Virus record (IMG/VR): IMGVR_UViG_3300022562_000520
Span: 36,294 to 100,293 of that record
Source: a virus
Strand: one strand, 5' to 3'
Length of the DNA stretch: 64,000 bases
Shown: positions 49,291-58,709 of the stretch, in pieces
Position numbering within the stretch: the first letter of the stretch is position 1
How the letters are laid out: each line of letters begins with the position of its first letter
Made by a program: the position numbers and the translations under genes
Notes under the pieces: generated by a model
Database searches by the model: none
What the model was told of the DNA's origin: nothing
What the model saw: the letters and a program-made list of their open reading frames with translations, nothing else

Positions 49291-49896
49291 ATGGACATAA
49301 AATATGAAATCATTCGCGGTAAGCGCATTCAAAACCAATTAGATGAAGCTGAACAGTTAGTTGAACGGTCTTCATTTTCTGCACTTCAACAAAATGCACA
49401 AGGTAAAGTCCCTACTCCAGATGGTCGTGCTAAATCTGCCAATGCTTCCAATATTAATATTGGTCAAATGGATATTGTACCATATGTTGGAACCAAAGTG
49501 CTTGACATAAAAGGCGCTGCCCAAAATACAAATTCACAAACTAAGGGTCAATCAACTTCAATGCATTATCCAAAGATTATTTTTAATAATGTGGAATTTG
49601 AAGAAGAAGACACCGCAAATAATATATCATTTAAAGCAAAAGATGGAAACGAATATCACGTTTCTCCAATTGTTTTAACACAAAATACCGTTCGTGTATC
49701 TTGTGACTGTCTTGATTTTAAATGGCGCTTTCAATATTATAATGTGACGGATAGAAGTGCTGCAATTCCAAAAGCACCGAAACCATATCAACCAACAACA
49801 AACAAAGGCCCAGTTAACCCCGCCAAGGTTCCAGGTGTTTGTAAACATATTATAGCACTTGTAGATGTTTTGAAAAAATCACGCTTAGTTCGTTAA
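49291..49896 (+). CDS. SWIM-type zinc-finger protein, late
   Basis: VSCDCLDF...PGVCKHI (CxC...CxH); ATAAATA box upstream. Confidence 0.7.
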   Translation: MDIKYEIIRGKRIQNQLDEAEQLVERSSFSALQQNAQGKVPTPDGRAKSANASNINIGQMDIVPYVGTKVLDIKGAAQNTNSQTKGQSTSMHYPKIIFNNVEFEEEDTANNISFKAKDGNEYHVSPIVLTQNTVRVSCDCLDFKWRFQYYNVTDRSAAIPKAPKPYQPTTNKGPVNPAKVPGVCKHIIALVDVLKKSRLVR

Positions 49897-50888
49897 TGAA
49901 TTGTAACGTCTTTTTTCTTGAAAGGTACCGTTGTAATACTTCTTTTATCTTCAACCGTATTTTCTTTTAATGCTTTCTTTATAGATTCTTCTTTTGATTT
50001 ATCAACTTCAATAACTTTTTTATCTTTGGTGATTTTCTTAATACCACCAGCTTCTTTTATTTCTTGTTTTGGTTTTTCTGGCACGACTGTTTCTTCCTTA
50101 AGGATATTTTTAACCTTATCACCTTTGGAATCTTTTTCGGTTATTTCTTGTTTTGGTTTACCCAAACCCGTAACATCTTGTAGAATATTTTTCGCTACAT
50201 CTTTAGCATCAGTTTCTCTGATAGTATTAATTTCTTCCTTCTTAGGTTCTTCTTTTACTTCAATAGGAACTACGGCTTCTTCTTTTACTTCAACCTTTTT
50301 ATTTTCTTTCTTCGGTTTAGTTTTTTCTTTTTTAGGTTCAGATTTCTTCTCTTCTTTTTTAGAATTCTTCTCTTTTTCAGTATTAGCTATATCTGCAATG
50401 GTTTTAAAAATTTTACCACTGTCTTTAACTTCTACAGGTTCCATTTTAAATTTGCGTTCAGGTTTAACCAAATCAATTTCTTCTGTTTTTGGCTTCTCTT
50501 CCTTTGGCGGCTCAGTTTTTGCCTTAGACATATTAACAATATCTTCCAAACTTTTCTTACTTGGAGCAAGGCTGATATTTTCTGGTTTTGATACTGTCAC
50601 ACTTTCACTTTCGACGACTTTAATATCACCTACCAATGGCATGAAATGGTAGCCATCTACCGTAATATCAATATGAAACGGATAAGATGCTGTTTTAAGA
50701 ATTGGTAATGCTGGAATTTTTACAGACCACTTTTTATCATTTTGTTTAACAGAATCAAAACCGAGTTTCATACCATCCGTTTCGATTATAAATCGAACAG
50801 ACATGTCCAAAGTGTCAACACCTTGAATATCTACTTCAAATTCTAAGATGTTTTCTTTATTTTTTGATATTGTTACAGAGTTATCCAT
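49893..50888 (-). CDS. Hypothetical protein: beta-rich N-domain plus long Lys/Glu-rich tail
   Basis: 331-aa ORF with AGGA RBS and late box. Confidence 0.65.
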   Translation of the reverse strand: MDNSVTISKNKENILEFEVDIQGVDTLDMSVRFIIETDGMKLGFDSVKQNDKKWSVKIPALPILKTASYPFHIDITVDGYHFMPLVGDIKVVESESVTVSKPENISLAPSKKSLEDIVNMSKAKTEPPKEEKPKTEEIDLVKPERKFKMEPVEVKDSGKIFKTIADIANTEKEKNSKKEEKKSEPKKEKTKPKKENKKVEVKEEAVVPIEVKEEPKKEEINTIRETDAKDVAKNILQDVTGLGKPKQEITEKDSKGDKVKNILKEETVVPEKPKQEIKEAGGIKKITKDKKVIEVDKSKEESIKKALKENTVEDKRSITTVPFKKKDVTIH

Positions 50889-50917
50889 TTAAAAATCCTA
50901 AACATCTGGTATTTATG

Positions 50918-51364
50918 TTAATCTTTCTTTCGGAGGTTGCGAATAGAAACTTGAATATTATGTAAAAATCTGCGCAAATTATTGACTCTAAGCTTAAATA
51001 ATTCACGTGTAGAATTAATCAAGTTGAATACTTTAACTATAATATCTCCACGTTCCGCAGCAACCATATAATAACGTTCAATATGAATCTTTCCGATATT
51101 AATTTTAAGAACTATTTGTTTTTGTGGTTTATGAATCTTCGACGGATCGCGAACATAATCTTGAACAGGTTGATAAAAGTTAGAAATATTATCAACTTTA
51201 TTCCATGCTGGACCGGGGTAAGGTCCGCCACCACCACCTTTTGGCGGTGGTGTCGGTACAGGATAGCAATATAGTGAAAAGTATGTAGTAATCAAACCTT
51301 CGCAGGCGTTTACGTTAATACCAAGCCCCTTGGTTATTATTCGTGTCGTTGCTAATCCAGCCAT
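50918..51364 (-). CDS. Hypothetical (probably virion) protein
   Basis: AAGGT RBS; IITKGLG start; PPPKGGGGGP linker. Confidence 0.6.
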   Translation of the reverse strand: MAGLATTRIITKGLGINVNACEGLITTYFSLYCYPVPTPPPKGGGGGPYPGPAWNKVDNISNFYQPVQDYVRDPSKIHKPQKQIVLKINIGKIHIERYYMVAAERGDIIVKVFNLINSTRELFKLRVNNLRRFLHNIQVSIRNLRKKD

Positions 51365-51372
51365 ATGTTACC

Positions 51373-52038
51373 TTATGGTGAACCAGTACAAACTGGTTGA
51401 CCGTCAGTAGCCGAAGATGGTTTACGTTCACAAACAGAATCTGTACTAAGATTGCCGTACTGGTCATATAGTTGAAAGACTCGCAGAGGGGTCGTACAAT
51501 CGTCATCGTACACGGTTAATGTTTTGTTAATATCATCAATTTTTGTTCTATTAGTATCAAATTTAAGAATTATATCGACTATATTTTGTACAGCGGCAAC
51601 ATCAAGAAAAAGTTGTGTAGTATCAGCTTTGATTTGATTTAATGCCAATCCCGTTGTATTTGAAAGTAAATGTTCTGTTCTGTCTTCATCCCAAACACTT
51701 GGATTAATTTCTGCGGTTTGATATCTATCAGTATCTGGTAGCGATGTCCCGCCATCGGTTCTAATTACGTATTTCTTAGTAGGATCATAACCTATTAGGT
51801 CTGTAAATAGGAAAGTATAAAATCCGTCTTTTCCAGCAGGCGAACCCCCATCATCCATTTCTGTCATTATACCATCGGCGGCTTGCCCTGTTCCGGCTGG
51901 TGCCCCCACGATTAGGGTTTGTATAGCACCATTGACTTCCCAGATTCTAACCTTTGGATAACCCGGGGTAGCAGTTGCAATATTGATTGCGGGTAATCCT
52001 GCATTGGAAAAAAGGCTATTAATCTCAATCTGCGCCAT
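51373..52038 (-). CDS. Probable virion structural protein
   Basis: TATAAATA at 52071-78 on the minus strand, GGAG RBS, two GSP motifs. Confidence 0.65.
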   Translation of the reverse strand: MAQIEINSLFSNAGLPAINIATATPGYPKVRIWEVNGAIQTLIVGAPAGTGQAADGIMTEMDDGGSPAGKDGFYTFLFTDLIGYDPTKKYVIRTDGGTSLPDTDRYQTAEINPSVWDEDRTEHLLSNTTGLALNQIKADTTQLFLDVAAVQNIVDIILKFDTNRTKIDDINKTLTVYDDDCTTPLRVFQLYDQYGNLSTDSVCERKPSSATDGQPVCTGSP

Positions 52039-52140
52039 TCGGCTGTACTCCGTATATTAAGTATATCATCTATTTATAAAAATAGAAATCTGAGTGTTTG
52101 GAAAGATAAATATAAAAAAGGTAATCATGGGACTAAAATC

Positions 52141-52380
52141 ATGGAAAATTTTTCATTAATCAAGAAATTAAACAAATCAGATGACAAAAAGCCGTCACCG
52201 ATGGCAGAAGGTATTAAATATCAACAATATGAATTGGAAGTAGACGGAAAAGTACAAGTAGTAAATATTCCTCTTAGAGAAACCGAATCGTTTGAAAAGA
52301 CTATAATAGAAACTGAAGAACCATTAACACGCAAATCACTGAAAAAGATCCTCAGAGAACATCGCGGCGTTAGACAATAA
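52141..52380 (+). CDS. Hypothetical protein
   Basis: 79-aa ORF after an ATAAATA late box. Confidence 0.6.
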   Translation: MENFSLIKKLNKSDDKKPSPMAEGIKYQQYELEVDGKVQVVNIPLRETESFEKTIIETEEPLTRKSLKKILREHRGVRQ

Positions 52381-52394
52381 TAAAAGGATAAAAT

Positions 52395-52886
52395 ATGCCA
52401 TTGGTTTTAACTAGACCAGTTAGCGGCGGCAGTGGTACCGGCATACCTGGTATGTCAATTACTACTATCAATGGTCAACAAATATTAACTTTAGAAGATA
52501 CAACGCGCTCAAATAAGATTCTTTCGGTCGCAGAGGTTCCAGTTGTATATTCTGAAAATACATTAGATGATCTTGAATGGATTAATATAGGCAATGCCGC
52601 AGATGCTGATAGTAGCTATATTGCAAATTTCGATGGAACTATAGTCGCAGCTTGTGGACATTGTGAAAATGTTGGAAATAACGATAAAAACATAAATCTT
52701 TACATTAATACAACAGATATTGGCGCAATAGGTTCATTTTCCGGCGTTGGTGCAGACATTTTTATAAATAATACATTGAACATAGATTTCAATCAAGGTG
52801 ACACCATTCGCTTACGCGCTATGAATATTAATGTAGGAAAAATTCAAGATAGTGTCATAAAACTTACAATCAAATGGAGAGGATAA
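52395..52886 (+). CDS. Stand-alone copy of the C-terminal domain of the downstream fibre
   Basis: TTINGQQILTLEDTTRSNKILSV...KWRG is nearly colinear with the end of 52887-55814. Confidence 0.75.
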   Translation: MPLVLTRPVSGGSGTGIPGMSITTINGQQILTLEDTTRSNKILSVAEVPVVYSENTLDDLEWINIGNAADADSSYIANFDGTIVAACGHCENVGNNDKNINLYINTTDIGAIGSFSGVGADIFINNTLNIDFNQGDTIRLRAMNINVGKIQDSVIKLTIKWRG

Positions 52887-55814
52887 ATGAGTTTTATAAT
52901 TAAAAATACCTATTCTGGTAGCCCACTAATTGCAATTGCAATTGATGACTTAGGTCTTACCGTACCAGCAGGAGGAACGTATAATTTATTATTCGAGAAT
53001 CCTGGTGATGTACAAGCATCTGCACAATCTGGCGGTGATTTAAGTAATGCTATCAATGCTGGTAATATTGTAGTGGTAGACCCACGCGATGGCGTTACAG
53101 ACCTTTCTCTCGCAGATAGTCTTATAGTTGCAAGATCACATAACGATCCGCATTATGGTATAAGAGGCGCGAGAATGACAGACCTCGACGATGTTGTCGG
53201 GTCACCTGTTCCAGTTACAGGTCAAGTTCTTCAATTGAATGGTTCAAACCAATGGGTAAGTGTTCCACCAAGCACAGTTGCTGGCAGCATTTCTCTTGGC
53301 GATCTTTCTGATATTAATCCTGATACAGGTTCTCCATTCCGTCCTACTACATCATTCTTTATTTTAGAAGGTGATGGTGCAGGTGGACTTAATATAGTAG
53401 ATGGTACAACAGATACCACATTATTCATCCCATGGGTTGAAGATACTGCTGGTGCTATGGTTGCAGGTGGTACACAAACGAACCTTACCTTAACATATAA
53501 TACTGGTACAAACCAAATTGATGCATCTGTTAATGATGTTTACTTATTTAATACTGGTGATACATTAGATTCAGGTACATTAACAATCGCATCGGGCGCT
53601 TCAATTGTTGTAGCAACTGGCGCATCTATTTCATGGTCTGATGCTCCAACACAAGCAGCACATCTTGCTAATAAAGAATATGTTGATAGTGTCGCCGCAG
53701 GTCTTGACGTTCGCGAACCTGTTAAAATAGCTTCAACTACTAACATTACAGGTTACGCGCTTGGTTCACCCGAAGGCCCAGGTTTCTTTACAGGTGTAGA
53801 CCTTACAACTATGGATGGTGGCTATAGCCCTATCGCAGTTGGCGACCGTGTTCTTATTAAGAACCAAACAGATGCTAAACAAAATGGTATCTATGTTGTT
53901 CAAGGTACTGGCTCTCCATTAACACCAGCGGGTTCTCCAATTGGTTCAAGTGTAACACTTGTTCGTAGTGCAGCACTTTCTGGTTCGCCATCATCAGAAG
54001 TACACGCGGGTGTTTATACGTTTGTTGAAAACGGCTCATTATATGCTAAAACAGGTTGGATACTTCAAGGCTCTGGATTTTTAACAATTAATACAGATGA
54101 TCTTATTTGGGCGCAATTTTCCGCTGCAAATAACTATTCTGCTGGTATTGGTTTAGGATTGACTGGTAATCAGTTCTATCTTGATATTAATAACCTTACA
54201 GATACTGCTATTGCTACAACAGACTCAATAGCATTTAATGATTCTACTGATACTGTTACCAAAAAACGTACGATGGCCAACGTCATCACCGATTTAGGTA
54301 TCTATACTTCTGGTAATTTAACAGCATCTGACGGTGTTACATTTGTTGGTAGTGATATTCAATTAGATATTACTAACTTAACTGGTACAAACGTTATTAC
54401 ATCTGCTGATGAAATGGTATTTGATGATGGTGCCTCTGGTACACATATCAAACGTACAGTTTCTAACTTCTTAGCAGACTTAGACGTTGTTAATAGTTTA
54501 GGTGGTAATGGTTTTGCAGTTCAAACCGCTGCTGATACTTATACTGCTCGTACATTGACAGCTTCTTCAACTGCTAGTGAAGAAGGTATTATCATAACAA
54601 ATGGTGATGGTGTTGCCGCTAACCCAACTATTGGTATTGATATTGAAGGTACAACAGCTTCTGGCTCTAATATGGCCGCTACGGATGAATTCCTTGGTTT
54701 TAATGGAACTAACAACCGTGCATTTACAGGTCAACAGATTGCCGATGGTGTCTTTTCTATTTTAGGTGGTATCGGTAATGCTTATACTACAATCACTGGT
54801 GATACGGGTTCAGCAACCGCCGCATCTTCATCTGATACATTAAGATTTATTGGCGCTGCAAATGGTGGTATTCTTACAACTGTTGTAGATGGTGCACCAG
54901 ATACAGTATCTTTTGAAATAGATGTTTATGCATTGGCAAATGGTGCAAGTACAATTGCACTTACTGATAGAATTATTGTTGGTGAAGGTGGTTCACCATT
55001 AGGACCAACAGTAAGTTACACAGTTCAAGATTTGTTCGATGATGTAAAAGTTCCATATAATATAGGTACTAGTGCGGGTTTTGTTATTAGCACTGGTGCT
55101 AATGATTATTCAACAACCACACTTGCCGTCAATGGCGCAGGTGATAGAGATGGTCTTATCATAGTTAATGGCGCTTTAACAGGCTCACCATTTGATACTA
55201 CTGTTACTATTGGTTTAGATATTAATGGTAATGCTTCTGCTGGTGAAAATATTGCAGCTGGTGATAAGTTCCTTGGTTATAACCTTTCTGGAACTGCTAA
55301 CCAAGCATTCACTGGACAAGAAGTTGCAGATGGTGTTGCAACAATCTTAGGCTTTGGTGGCCTCGCTGTTACAACAATCAACGGACAAGAAGTTTTAACA
55401 CTTGTTGATACAACACGTGCTAACAAAATTCTTTCTGTCGGTGATACATCTGTTACATTCTCCGATAACCGTGTAGGTAATAATGATTGGTTACAAGTTG
55501 GTGCAGCTGTAGATGCGCTTAGTGGATATATTGTACCATTAAATGCAACTATTGTTAAAGTAACTGGACACACTTCAGATAACAACGGTCTTACAAAAAG
55601 TATCGATTTATACGTTGATGATGTTCTTAATAGTACTATTGGTACATTTAACGGTGCCGCAGGTTCACCACAGATTATAGGTCAGGATGAATTTAGAAAT
55701 GTAACGGTAAATGTTGACGTTAACCAAGACCAAAAAATCACATTACGTGGCGATGCGGGCGGTGGAACAATCGACGATACTGTTATAACAGTTTGGTTAA
55801 AATGGCGGGGATAA
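52887..55814 (+). CDS. Fibre/appendage protein (975 aa)
   Basis: Gly/Thr-rich; ANKEYVD knot, VGDRVLIKNQTDAKQNGIYVV fibre module, internal repeats and 10 GSP motifs. Confidence 0.8.
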   Translation: MSFIIKNTYSGSPLIAIAIDDLGLTVPAGGTYNLLFENPGDVQASAQSGGDLSNAINAGNIVVVDPRDGVTDLSLADSLIVARSHNDPHYGIRGARMTDLDDVVGSPVPVTGQVLQLNGSNQWVSVPPSTVAGSISLGDLSDINPDTGSPFRPTTSFFILEGDGAGGLNIVDGTTDTTLFIPWVEDTAGAMVAGGTQTNLTLTYNTGTNQIDASVNDVYLFNTGDTLDSGTLTIASGASIVVATGASISWSDAPTQAAHLANKEYVDSVAAGLDVREPVKIASTTNITGYALGSPEGPGFFTGVDLTTMDGGYSPIAVGDRVLIKNQTDAKQNGIYVVQGTGSPLTPAGSPIGSSVTLVRSAALSGSPSSEVHAGVYTFVENGSLYAKTGWILQGSGFLTINTDDLIWAQFSAANNYSAGIGLGLTGNQFYLDINNLTDTAIATTDSIAFNDSTDTVTKKRTMANVITDLGIYTSGNLTASDGVTFVGSDIQLDITNLTGTNVITSADEMVFDDGASGTHIKRTVSNFLADLDVVNSLGGNGFAVQTAADTYTARTLTASSTASEEGIIITNGDGVAANPTIGIDIEGTTASGSNMAATDEFLGFNGTNNRAFTGQQIADGVFSILGGIGNAYTTITGDTGSATAASSSDTLRFIGAANGGILTTVVDGAPDTVSFEIDVYALANGASTIALTDRIIVGEGGSPLGPTVSYTVQDLFDDVKVPYNIGTSAGFVISTGANDYSTTTLAVNGAGDRDGLIIVNGALTGSPFDTTVTIGLDINGNASAGENIAAGDKFLGYNLSGTANQAFTGQEVADGVATILGFGGLAVTTINGQEVLTLVDTTRANKILSVGDTSVTFSDNRVGNNDWLQVGAAVDALSGYIVPLNATIVKVTGHTSDNNGLTKSIDLYVDDVLNSTIGTFNGAAGSPQIIGQDEFRNVTVNVDVNQDQKITLRGDAGGGTIDDTVITVWLKWRG

Positions 55815-55817
55815 TGG

Positions 55818-56492
55818 ATGGCTTTTATAGTTCGTAATCTTACGGGCAGCACAGTAGAAATTAATGATCTTGGTTTATCGTTAGCTGCCCTTACGGATTA
55901 TGACCTAGCATATGATGAAAATCGTGATATAGCGGATAGTGATGATTTAATATCCGCTATAAATGCAGATACAGTTATCATACTTGACCCATTGGGTGGT
56001 TCCCCCACATTACCATTATCTAAAGCAGAAAGTATTAAATGCATTCTTTATGCAAATAATCCTCATTTTGGTATTGTTGGTGGAAAGCTTCGCCAAATAG
56101 ACGATGTAACCATTTCAGGCTCACCTGCTCTCCCCACTAACGATCAAGTTTTAATTTATAATACATCAACGTCCGTGTGGGAAAATCACGACGCTGCCCC
56201 ATCTGATAGATTTCAAAGTATTGCAACGATTTCAACGGATTATTCAAGTACTACAAATATAGTTGTTTTGGTTAATACTACAACAGCTGGTGTAACCATA
56301 ACGCTGCCTACCGCAGCTGCTTTTGCTAAAAAATTCTTTCATATTAAATGGATAGCTGGCCCATCTAAAAATAAAGTTACTATTATAACACAAACAGGCG
56401 AAACATTAGATGATCAAACAGAAGTTAAATTAGGTCAATTATATGATAGTTTAAATGTCGTAAGTGATGGTTCTAATTGGTGGATTATCTAA
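55818..56492 (+). CDS. Short fibre-associated protein sharing its N-terminus with 52887-55814
   Basis: INDLGL...NNPHFGI; C-terminal TITLPTA...VVSDGSNWWII module. Confidence 0.7.
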   Translation: MAFIVRNLTGSTVEINDLGLSLAALTDYDLAYDENRDIADSDDLISAINADTVIILDPLGGSPTLPLSKAESIKCILYANNPHFGIVGGKLRQIDDVTISGSPALPTNDQVLIYNTSTSVWENHDAAPSDRFQSIATISTDYSSTTNIVVLVNTTTAGVTITLPTAAAFAKKFFHIKWIAGPSKNKVTIITQTGETLDDQTEVKLGQLYDSLNVVSDGSNWWII

Positions 56493-56534
56493 ACAACAGA
56501 TATATACTATAGATAATAAAAATAAGGTTGAATT

Positions 56535-56795
56535 ATGAGCCATACAGTAAATCCAGTAGTAAAAGATAGAGATATTGCCAAATCTGGCAAATTTAAAACT
56601 GACACGTCAGAACCAGAAGCTACCAATGGCATTTTAATACATGGTGTATGTGATGATAATCAAATACATCCAGTATTAGTTAAAGCAACAACACGTGAAA
56701 TGGGTGTTATAGATGAAATGGTTTTTAATGAACTCAAATCTTTAAATAAAAAAATTGAAGAAGTTATATTTCTTTTAAAAGCAATTGCAGAATAA
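56535..56795 (+). CDS. Small protein with C-terminal coiled coil
   Basis: AAGGT RBS; ELKSLNKKIEEVIFLL. Confidence 0.6.
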   Translation: MSHTVNPVVKDRDIAKSGKFKTDTSEPEATNGILIHGVCDDNQIHPVLVKATTREMGVIDEMVFNELKSLNKKIEEVIFLLKAIAE

Positions 56796-56808
56796 TAGGA
56801 GTTAAAAA

Positions 56809-57465
56809 ATGTCAGGTGAAACAGTTTTAATTAGCGCCGGAGCTAAAAGAAATAGAGCACTAGTAACAGAAGACGGTCAAGTAAAAACATATTCGGCTGT
56901 AGAATCAGAATTTGCAAGTCGCTCGGAAGAGCATAGACAATCATATGAATTCCATCCACATGGATTTGATCTCATTGCTGATAAATGGAATGCTGTATAT
57001 TATATGAAAAATACATCTTCCGATAAAAACTTTCATATTGAATATGTTAGAATGGGAACATCTGGTGGTTATACAACATACACTAAACCAATGCAATTTA
57101 GAATGTATGCTGAAATGACGGCACCAGATACGAATGTTATAACAGGTCAATTTGGTGTAAGTGCAGGCTCTCATAATTTATATATTGGTTCAGAAATTAA
57201 TCCTGAAATGGAAATCATCTTTTTTGATAATTTAGGCTCACCATTAACAGGTGATGGTATGACTATTGGCGGTGTTGCAATGACATCAACACAGCTTGGA
57301 AGTTTATTTAATTGTGGACCACTTGGTGTAGGTTCAACATATTTAACATATGGTGGAGCATTAATACTTCCACCTAGTAGAAGTCTTGGTATTACATTGA
57401 AACCCTTTGTTGAAGATACAAAAGGATTTGCTGTTGTGGCAGGTTATTTTAAGGACGTAGAATAA
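56809..57465 (+). CDS. Virion beta-sandwich protein, paralogue family member 1
   Basis: AGGAG RBS; RALVTEDG, YMKNTS, YGGALIL. Confidence 0.65.
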   Translation: MSGETVLISAGAKRNRALVTEDGQVKTYSAVESEFASRSEEHRQSYEFHPHGFDLIADKWNAVYYMKNTSSDKNFHIEYVRMGTSGGYTTYTKPMQFRMYAEMTAPDTNVITGQFGVSAGSHNLYIGSEINPEMEIIFFDNLGSPLTGDGMTIGGVAMTSTQLGSLFNCGPLGVGSTYLTYGGALILPPSRSLGITLKPFVEDTKGFAVVAGYFKDVE

Positions 57466-57477
57466 AGGAGTAAAACA

Positions 57478-58056
57478 ATGGAATTTCAATTATTTGGTGC
57501 AACTGTACAATCTTACGGAATGGGTGTTAACTCAGAAGGACGTGGTTTAGTAGAATCTGTTGAAATAACAAACTTAACAAACGCCGCTAGAAAAGGTAAA
57601 GCGTTTCTGTTAACTTCCGATTTTATATCTTTAACACCGGGAAGTCCACTAATACATAACGGAATCATATTTCTTAAAAATACTTCTGATACGGAAATAA
57701 TGAAAATAGATAGGATTCGTACATGTGGAACACAAACTAATAGATGGCGAATGATAAAGAACCCCTCTACTGGAACATTAATAAGTTCAGGCTCTAGTAT
57801 AAGTTTTAATAATACTAATTTTACTTCAGGTATTGTTGCACCAGCAACTGCGAAAGTAGGTTCAAATGGTTCTACAGTAACAGACGGCACGTTGATAGGA
57901 CAATGGATAAATGGTACAGGACATTCATTAGAAGAATATAGAGGTGGTATTCAATTAGGTACTAATGACTGTATAGCTTTAACATGTTATGTCGAAGCAG
58001 CCGCTTCGGTATGTGCTAACTTATTAATGTTTTTTGATACAGATAATGGTGTTTAA
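57478..58056 (+). CDS. Virion beta-sandwich protein, paralogue family member 2
   Basis: AAGGAG RBS; GVNSEG, FLKNTS, YRGGIQL. Confidence 0.65.
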   Translation: MEFQLFGATVQSYGMGVNSEGRGLVESVEITNLTNAARKGKAFLLTSDFISLTPGSPLIHNGIIFLKNTSDTEIMKIDRIRTCGTQTNRWRMIKNPSTGTLISSGSSISFNNTNFTSGIVAPATAKVGSNGSTVTDGTLIGQWINGTGHSLEEYRGGIQLGTNDCIALTCYVEAAASVCANLLMFFDTDNGV

Positions 58057-58706
58057 TGGCTGTAAAATCCTATATTATAGATCCTTTTAAAAAATATAGA
58101 GCAAGGGTTACGAAAGAAGGAGCAGTATTAACACAAACTGCCAATACAGTAACTGTTGCACCCGAACCTGGAACAGAAAATCAACAACGATACTTTGAAG
58201 GTGAACTTGGATCGACAGGAATCGATTCTGGTTCATTATCACAAAATGTAGATGGATCTACTACACCACAAACATTTTATTTGGAAGCAAATGCAGATTA
58301 TGATATCCATATAATACAGATAACGGCAGTAGTAGTTGATGGTGCAGTTTCACATTCAAAATTTGGTGCAATAGCAGCATTAACAAATGGATGGGATTTG
58401 GTTTGGACTGAAGCCGGTGAAAATAATTATCTTATAGATAGTGCAAAAACAACTGGTCAGGCACTTGTCCAATCTGGTATTGGTACTCCATTCGGCTCAG
58501 GTAATGCATTCTCAATAATTTCTGCATTTAGTGGAAATGATGATGCTGTTATCATATCATTACCGTTGGGTAGATTTGTACCAGGTGGTGTTAGAATTGG
58601 TAGGGGCACTACAGATAGATTAAAAAGTGTTGTAAACGACAATCTGACAGCATTAACAGATTTTAAAGTCTACGTTTACGGATACAAGAACTTACCACAG
58701 GAATAA
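58056..58706 (+). CDS. Probable virion protein
   Basis: TAATG overlap; RARVTKEG N-terminal motif shared with the preceding ORFs; NVDGSTTPQTF, FGAIAALTNG. Confidence 0.65.
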   Translation: MAVKSYIIDPFKKYRARVTKEGAVLTQTANTVTVAPEPGTENQQRYFEGELGSTGIDSGSLSQNVDGSTTPQTFYLEANADYDIHIIQITAVVVDGAVSHSKFGAIAALTNGWDLVWTEAGENNYLIDSAKTTGQALVQSGIGTPFGSGNAFSIISAFSGNDDAVIISLPLGRFVPGGVRIGRGTTDRLKSVVNDNLTALTDFKVYVYGYKNLPQE

Positions 58707-58709
58707 TAT

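Noticed and set aside
52395-55814. Diversity-generating retroelement TR/VR pair
   Set aside because: The duplicated domains differ at all base types and both are coding; no reverse transcriptase in the window.
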